Origin: Stylophora pistillata
Taxonomy: Eukaryota
Direction of reading: 5' to 3'
Assembly (NCBI RefSeq): GCF_002571385.2
Contig: NW_019217905.1
Coordinates: forward strand, 348,049 to 412,048
DNA: 64,000 nt
Every line of letters starts with the position of its first letter. The stretch's first letter is position 1. The translations under genes and the position numbers were made by a program. This document shows, piece after piece, positions 12,319 through 18,364 of this stretch. The notes below the pieces were generated by a model. The model saw nothing but the letters and a program-made list of their open reading frames with translations, searched no databases and was not told where the DNA came from.

Positions 12319-12390
12319 TTGTTATTGTGATTGTCTTTGTAAAGTTTTCTATTTTTTATTTTCCAATTTTTTCCAATTTTTTAAGATGTT

Positions 12391-12425
12391 TTTTTTTCAT
12401 CACTCGATTCAAGTGAGGAAAAAAA
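12391..12425. promoter_or_regulatory. Conserved intergenic dyad/hairpin, copy 2
   Basis: TTTTTTTCaTCACT-cgattca-AGTGAgGAAAAAAA (one mismatch). Confidence 0.7.
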
Positions 12426-12448
12426 CCCACGACTTTACGTCGTTCACA

Positions 12449-12882
12449 TCACTCTTCATCATCTTCACTCTTTTGTACCACATATATATGCCTTGAATAT
12501 CTTGAAGCCTCTTCCCACCTCCGCCGCCTATCTGCTATCAAAAATTGATACCCCTCATTTACCAAAGCTTGCTTTTCAGGCATTCTTTTTATCTCTTCTT
12601 CCCACTCCTCATCTGTTGTTATTCCCCTATCTTCTTTAATGAGCTCGATAAGCTCACCTTTTCGAAGTTTTTTATAACCATGAAGGGGGAGATATTTTGC
12701 ATATTGGCAAAGTCTGTAAAAAGAGATTTTTTTTTATACCCTGCCTCTTTTAGACACTCCTCATCTGTTATCTCTGTATCTTTAATGAGCTCGATAAGCT
12801 CACCTTTTCGAAGGTCAGAATAGCCACGAAGACCTCTCTTCTTTGCGATTTGACGAAGTTGTACAACAGTGAGTTTTTCCAT
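12449..12882 (-). CDS. Two-repeat Rho-N/HeH-like protein (~144 aa) interrupted by a -1 frameshift in an A9 run
   Basis: Starts MEKLTVVQLRQIAKKRGLRGYSDLRKGELIELIK. After a -1 shift at 12727-12735 it reads KISFYRLCQYAKYLPLHGYKKLRKGELIELIKEDRG...SEDDEE* (stop 12449-12451). Confidence 0.75.
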
Positions 12883-12937
12883 ATCTTATTATAAATAAAG
12901 TTTTCTATTTTTATTTTTCAATATTTCTTTAAGATGT

Positions 12938-12966
12938 TTTTCTTCACTCGATTCAAGTGAAGAAAA
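12938..12966. promoter_or_regulatory. Conserved intergenic dyad/hairpin, copy 3
   Basis: TTTTCTTCACT-cgattca-AGTGAAGAAAA, with a compensatory T-A pair where copy 1 has C-G. Confidence 0.75.
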
Positions 12967-12982
12967 CTCGTCATCCGTCAGG

Positions 12983-13549
12983 TCAATCCTTTGACGGGGT
13001 GGTAGCCTTTTGATGGGGTGGTGGTATTTTAACGCTTATGGTGGGTTCTTTTTTCAACGTATAACTCTCAAATCTCAGATTGTATCGTATTCCATCGATA
13101 ACTATTGTGCTTTTTGTCTCTTCGTTAACTGAGGCAACCTTCGAACCAAACCTTCCAGGATTTATGTTGAAGTGTTGTGAAGCTTTATTTATCGAAGGGA
13201 AAACAAGCTCTTCTGACGAGTCTACAGGTGTTAATATCACCTTTTTTCTCACACCACAATGCCTTGCACAAGGAGGTGGAGGGTTTTTGATAACTTCAAT
13301 CAAGTCTTTTTTCTTGAGTTTATAAAGACCTTGCAAGCCCATCTCTTTTGCTTTCATCAAAAGTTCAGCCTTTGATTCTTTTTTTATACCTGCAATGTGC
13401 TGTGTTGGATTTTTGATAGCTTCCATCAGGTCTTTTTTATTCAGTTCGATAAGACCTTTCAGACCCATCTGTTTTCCTTTTGTCAAGAGTGCAGCTTTTG
13501 TATATATTTCAAGTTCATCTATCTTATACACCCATCGAGGTTTATCCAT
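12983..13549 (-). CDS. Protein with two HeH-like repeats and a C-terminal NUMOD1/IENR1-like HTH
   Basis: TKAALLTKGKQMGLKGLIELNKKDLMEAIKNP and SKAELLMKAKEMGLQGLYKLKKKDLIEVIKNP, then ELVFPSINKASQHFNIN. Confidence 0.75.
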   Translation of the reverse strand: MDKPRWVYKIDELEIYTKAALLTKGKQMGLKGLIELNKKDLMEAIKNPTQHIAGIKKESKAELLMKAKEMGLQGLYKLKKKDLIEVIKNPPPPCARHCGVRKKVILTPVDSSEELVFPSINKASQHFNINPGRFGSKVASVNEETKSTIVIDGIRYNLRFESYTLKKEPTISVKIPPPHQKATTPSKD

Positions 13550-13606
13550 GATGCAATCTTTTGTTTATATCTAACATTTTTTTAAGACATTTTTTTTCAT
13601 TTTTTT

Positions 13607-14358
13607 TCATAACTTCTGAAGTTCGCTCACATTAACCCACGAATTAAATTTCTCTGGATAACCGCTCCACTTCACGAGAGCTTGTTTGCCCTTCTTTCGT
13701 ATAACCTTCTCAATGCGGAAGAAACCCGAAGGGTTTGAAAGGCTCTGCTTCGCCTTCAACATCTCTTGTTCGTAGAAAGTGCCTTTAATCTCTTCCCCAA
13801 GCAGATCTTTCAACTTGTAAGTGATGGGCTGTGTGTATTGCACCTCATCAACAACAAAGATCTCTTCAGACCAATTTGGGGTGTAGCCCTTGTCGAAAAG
13901 CTGCCGCTTGAATTTGGAGATTCGAACGTGATCGCCGACCGCAAACTTTGGTGGGTAGGTATCCAGACCAGAGGTCTTCAGACCTTTTAGGTCTTCACCG
14001 TATAATTTCAAATAGACGGCACTCTCATTCTTTTTCTTGGAGGCCTCTACAGGTGTCATACCGATCGATCTATGTTTTGTGTTGTTGTACTTTTCGAGAA
14101 TCTTCGGCAAAATGTCGAGATACACCGTGTTGTTTTGAATGGTGAACTGCTTCCACATTTTTGTCTTTATCGTACGGTTCCATCTCTCACACACAGACGA
14201 TTTCTCCTCATTCTCTGTCGAGTACAGCTCTACGCCTTCCGCTTTCAGCAGGTCTTTGACGTGACTGTTGTAGTACTCCTTACCTTTATCGGTCCACATC
14301 TTCTTAGGCTTTCTCCCTTCGGAGAATATCTCTTTGAACCCCTCAGCCACACCCTCAC
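13607..14358 (-). CDS. int: Polinton retroviral-like integrase with a C-terminal chromodomain (5' part in gap; extreme N-terminus at ~14717-14760)
   Basis: Motifs MWTDKGKEY, KSSVCERWNRTIK, YNNTKHRSIGMTP and KGYTPNWSEEIF; chromodomain FRIEKVIRKKGKQALVKWSGYPEKFNSWV. Confidence 0.95.
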
Positions 14359-14726
14359 NNNNNNNNNNNNNNNNNNNNNNNNNNNNNNNNNNNNNNNNNN
14401 NNNNNNNNNNNNNNNNNNNNNNNNNNNNNNNNNNNNNNNNNNNNNNNNNNNNNNNNNNNNNNNNNNNNNNNNNNNNNNNNNNNNNNNNNNNNNNNNNNNN
14501 NNNNNNNNNNNNNNNNNNNNNNNNNNNNNNNNNNNNNNNNNNNNNNNNNNNNNNNNNNNNNNNNNNNNNNNNNNNNNNNNNNNNNNNNNNNNNNNNNNNN
14601 NNNNNNNNNNNNNNNNNNNNNNNNNNNNNNNNNNNNNNNNNNNNNNNNNNNNNNNNNNNNNNNNNNNNNNNNNNNNNNNNNNNNNNNNNNNNNNNNNNNN
14701 NNNNNNNNNNNNNNNNAGCTCATCTG

Positions 14727-15597
14727 CTAGGCTCGCTTCCCACCCTTGCGTGTCAACTTTTTTTTTTCACCCACACCCATACCTAGTTTCTGTTTGGTGT
14801 TGATTACGTTTCTCGCAAGCCAATGACCCCACTGCCTCTGATCGTACGGTATCGCATCGAGCGCTTTCACCATCTTGCGATCAGCCTCATTTTTACACTT
14901 CTTTGGGTTTGCCTTGTTTGCACAGACGCTGTAATCAACGTCATGCTGCATTGCGACTGCGTCACTCGGGCCCGCTGGTGGGTCATAGATTTCAAGAATC
15001 TGACCAGTCTTTGGGTCAAAGCGCAGTTGACTATCAAGGTCGTTGTAGGGGCCGGTATATTTGTGACCTGGCAGCGTCCAGCCGCTTTTCGGCTTCGGTA
15101 GTTTACCGATCGCTTTGTGAATATCGAAGGCTCCACCTTCGTAAAGCGGGTGAGTTGGATCATTCACCCCACCGGGTGCATACATCGACATCGACAAAAT
15201 CTGATTTACATCGTATGCATTATAATCACCACCTCCTCTTATCTTTTTGCTCATATCATTGACAAACGCATCGAGAGCCTGATCGACATACTTGCTCGCC
15301 GTCTTTTTGAACTTGCTCTTCGCATAGTCGGATTTGACAGCGTTTGCAAGCCCCAGCTGAGCCATGTTCGCCAACCCCTTCACAACCATCTCACCCAACG
15401 AGGTACTGGTTCGCCCTACATCTTCAAAGAGCGTCCCGCCTTTTTTTTTCCCCACCTCCTGTAAAAGAAACTTTGGTAATGCCACACTCGGCACACTTCG
15501 ATTTGATCATCGGTCGACCATTTTTCGCAACCTCATGCCGCTCACTCCCCGGCACGCTATCAGTCTTCTTCTTTTGCTTTACGCAGTAAGTTTTCAT
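14727..15597 (-). CDS. Parvovirus VP1u-like phospholipase A2 protein (PLA2X-type) with a DUF5679-like N-terminus; 1-bp frameshift in an A9 run
   Basis: Ca-loop TLPGHKYTGPYNDL and catalytic DAVAMQHDVDY. The upstream ATG at 15597 gives MKTYCVKQKKKT...KNGRPMIKSKCAECGITK, which joins the main frame if one A of 15441-15449 is removed. Confidence 0.85.
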
Positions 15598-15625
15598 TTT
15601 CGAGTTGTGTCCTTAGTACTATGTT

Positions 15626-16272
15626 TTATATTTTTTCGTCAAAATTTCGTGCACAGGTGCCCTTTATCTTATCGCAAAACAAGAAATCATAGGGTTCCAA
15701 CGCTGAAAAAGCGCTGACATCGAAGCAGTTTTCGTCAGCGATCAGTTTTCGATGACGCTGTGTCGGTGGTAAATATATGATCATGTGAGAGCAATTAAGC
15801 CTGATATCCATAGGTGTCTTGTGATACGACTGGGAGAGGTACACCGGCGAGATTTTATGGTGTCGTCCATCTATAAAGTGCTTGAGGATCTTGCTTTGGG
15901 TCTCTTTTGGTGCTGTGATCAAGTCATCAAAGATAACAACCTTTCGCCCCTCGGCGGGGTATTCGGTTGTGTCGGGGATCTGAGCCGGGTCCATCAGATG
16001 TAAAATCTGATACCCAGTCTTTGCGAATGCTTATGCATGACCTTAGCAAGGTCTTGTATCAACTCTTGGTGGAAGTTGGGGCTATAGATATATATATCGT
16101 CATATGGCACAAGCGGTGCCCTCAACATATAAGACAGCAGATTGGTCTTTCCGCTACCTGAGGGGCCAGCTATCAACATTCTATAGTCTTCGTCGAGATA
16201 GTCAACGCCTGGAACCCTTCTTTTTCGAGTACCTCCACCACGAGTGGTAGTCATTTTTGGTATGTTAACCAT
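15626..16272 (-). pseudogene. A32/FtsK-like genome packaging ATPase, split by a 1-bp frameshift near 16000-16020
   Basis: Walker A LIAGPSGSGKTN is in 15994..16272. Walker B VVIFDDL and GRHHKISPVYLSQ are in 15626..15994. The -1 frame bridges them as GYQILHLMDP. Confidence 0.9.
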
Positions 16273-16447
16273 TTCAGCTTTCAGCTTTCAACCTTTACAA
16301 GTATAAATGAAAATGTGTGTTGATTTTTTTCCACCACAAAGCGAACTGTCAACTATGCAAATAAGCGAATAGCTTCACTTATTTGGAAAAGAATGAAAAT
16401 GGTATAAAGAGTCTATCACAGTAAATTACATTACAAGTGAACAAAAC

Positions 16448-17212
16448 ATGATACTCACAAGTTGCAAAAAGCTTACCAAGGATAATGTTTATTTCGAAGA
16501 TGCAGAAGAAAACCAATATGGTCACCAGCGAATCAAGATCCTAGGGATAGACGGTGATAACAAGCTGGGGCCGTTGGCGGTGGCAACACCTTTTGGATTC
16601 TCGTTTGGAGTACAAGCGACCTACACAAAAGATGCCGACAAACTCACACTCACAGGGTACAGAGTCCCCATGCCTCTATGGAACCCCGAGAACGGTGGAC
16701 CAACACAAAAACAGCTTGATTTCTATACCGGTCTTAAGGAGTTGAAACATCTCTGCTATGAACATCTCAATGAGGTCTATGGCATAGATGTTGCAGAGAG
16801 CATGAGGTTCCCGTTGCTTGAGATAGAGGGAAAAGCACCTGTGCTGCACTCAAAGCTTTTGTACAGTGAAAGGTACAAGAAGATACGTACTCTCTTCCAC
16901 ACTCGAGAGAAAGCAAAAGTAAAACCACTCGATTACCTAGATCAGTACTGTCAAGTAAAGATGGTAATCATCATCGACAGCATCTATCTAGGAGATGAGT
17001 ATGCATCGGTACAGCTTAAAATAAATGATGTTTATGTCAAACCATTACCGCAAAATCAGGTGCTGCCATTGGCTATCCTTTCTGATGATGAAGAAGAGGA
17101 TGAAGAATGGAATAAATTATATACAGTAGAGAAGCTTGCAAGCATCGACCCGGAAAATGTTGCCTGGCTCTCTTCACCAGAGCTCATTGCTGAATTGGAA
17201 CGTGAAGATTGA
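16448..17212 (+). CDS. NCLDV-type (DUF2738 / T7 gp2.5-like) putative single-stranded DNA-binding protein
   Basis: Pattern RIKI..GPL..TP..FSFGV..GY.VPMPLW..PVLHSKL..IDSIYLG..SVQLK plus an acidic C-terminus (SDDEEEDEE), as recalled for iridovirus/NCLDV SSB homologues. Confidence 0.65.
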   Translation: MILTSCKKLTKDNVYFEDAEENQYGHQRIKILGIDGDNKLGPLAVATPFGFSFGVQATYTKDADKLTLTGYRVPMPLWNPENGGPTQKQLDFYTGLKELKHLCYEHLNEVYGIDVAESMRFPLLEIEGKAPVLHSKLLYSERYKKIRTLFHTREKAKVKPLDYLDQYCQVKMVIIIDSIYLGDEYASVQLKINDVYVKPLPQNQVLPLAILSDDEEEDEEWNKLYTVEKLASIDPENVAWLSSPELIAELERED

Positions 17213-17228
17213 GGTTTTTAGGACTTTT

Positions 17229-17255
17229 TTTCCTTTTTCGTTTCGAAAAAGGAAA
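17229..17255 (+). terminator. Hairpin 17 nt after the SSB stop codon
   Basis: TTTCCTTTTTCG-ttt-CGAAAAAGGAAA, repeated at 17761-17785. Confidence 0.5.
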
Positions 17256-17440
17256 GCTAGCGAGGGTAACACTTATCTCAAAAGTTAAGTGCTTACTATC
17301 TAAGAAAGCAGGTGTTGCACTTATTTGGAAAGATAAGTGTTACCCTTGTTTTTACTTTTTTAGATAAGTAATTGCAAAAAAAAAGTGTTATTTTTTTTTA
17401 GAGTTTTTTTAGAGTGCACAGAATTACAAATACAACAAGC

Positions 17441-17743
17441 ATGGAATCAATCAGCGAAAAGTCTGCAGCTGCCAAGAAGCGAGCTAGTCTCTTGGCTAAA
17501 AGACGAGCTCGTAGAGAAGCCAAGAAAATAGATGATGAAGTTCTAGAAAAGGTAGCTTCTTCCTTGCCAATCAGCGAGTCTGCAGTTGCCTTGGTTGAAA
17601 GACGTCTCAAATCTCTGAAAGAGACACCAGTCTTGGTGAAAGATGCGTTGGCGGAAAAGCCAGTCAATATGAGGCGACTGAAGCGGGCTAAAATCGCAGC
17701 TGTAGGGTCGAGGCTATTAGACCTAAGAGTTTGCGGAAGATAA
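17441..17743 (+). CDS. Small basic hypothetical protein (~100 aa)
   Basis: ATG at 17441 in an A-rich context; K/R-rich helical sequence; followed by the same hairpin as the SSB gene. Confidence 0.65.
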   Translation: MESISEKSAAAKKRASLLAKRRARREAKKIDDEVLEKVASSLPISESAVALVERRLKSLKETPVLVKDALAEKPVNMRRLKRAKIAAVGSRLLDLRVCGR

Positions 17744-17760
17744 CGAGAAACGCTTGAGTC

Positions 17761-17785
17761 TTCCTTTTTCATTTCGAAAAAGGAA
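17761..17785 (+). terminator. Second copy of the post-stop hairpin
   Basis: TTCCTTTTTC-atttc-GAAAAAGGAA, 18 nt after the stop at 17743 and between convergent genes. Confidence 0.5.
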
Positions 17786-17823
17786 AAATAGCGAAATCCA
17801 AGAATCACCCAAAGCGTTGTGAT

Positions 17824-18312
17824 TCAACCAAAACGTTTATGATACTGCTTGAGCATCTTATTTGTCTGAAATATTGGGCATAGATCTGTGATGGTGTCTT
17901 CGATGAGGATCACCTCTTCAATAAATGATGCACTGTTAAAGGGTCTTCCTCTCAGATAGCTTCTCAGCTCGGTTAAGATCTTTTCATAGGTGGTGAAAGC
18001 GAATTTGGTCATATCAATCTTTCGGTCAAACTTTTTTACATCTGTAAAAGTCTTGAGAAGGAGACCGGTACCTGATATTGTGGCAAGCGGGATTGGATTC
18101 ATGGTTACTCCACTAGCCACCCCACCGATAACGATGAGCATGGTGCTACCCATGTTGCAGAGCAGACTCTTTCGTTTGAAGCTCTTAAAAGTCTTCCGCG
18201 AGCACCACCACTTATTGTGATAGTATTTGTAAAGAGCTTTGAGTTCATCGATCTTCTCTTCACCGATAGAGTAGTCGATGTGATTAAAGTTGAAGATGGC
18301 AGCGTCAGACAT
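17824..18312 (-). CDS. Small membrane protein with a central hydrophobic hairpin (Polinton accessory; SLATT/'gasderminX'-like architecture)
   Basis: A basic helix, then LLCNMGSTMLIVIGGVASGVTMNPIPLATISGTGLLL, then a helical C-terminus. Confidence 0.65.
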   Translation of the reverse strand: MSDAAIFNFNHIDYSIGEEKIDELKALYKYYHNKWWCSRKTFKSFKRKSLLCNMGSTMLIVIGGVASGVTMNPIPLATISGTGLLLKTFTDVKKFDRKIDMTKFAFTTYEKILTELRSYLRGRPFNSASFIEEVILIEDTITDLCPIFQTNKMLKQYHKRFG

Positions 18313-18364
18313 TTTATTATGAGCGACTCATAATAAAATTAGCTTTTTTTCACAAGGCATTGGC

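Noticed and set aside
11940-12930. Exact mimivirus AAAATTGA or poxvirus early promoters in the spacers
   Set aside because: Only loose A-rich resemblance (AAATATTGA, AAAATTGG, AAAATAGAAA); not distinguishable from AT-rich background without statistics.
14072-14803. ORFs running through N runs (also 28455-29199)
   Set aside because: Artefacts of ambiguous bases.
17398-17808. 136-aa minus-strand ORF
   Set aside because: Antisense shadow of the plus-strand gene, which has the better start context and the shared downstream hairpin.
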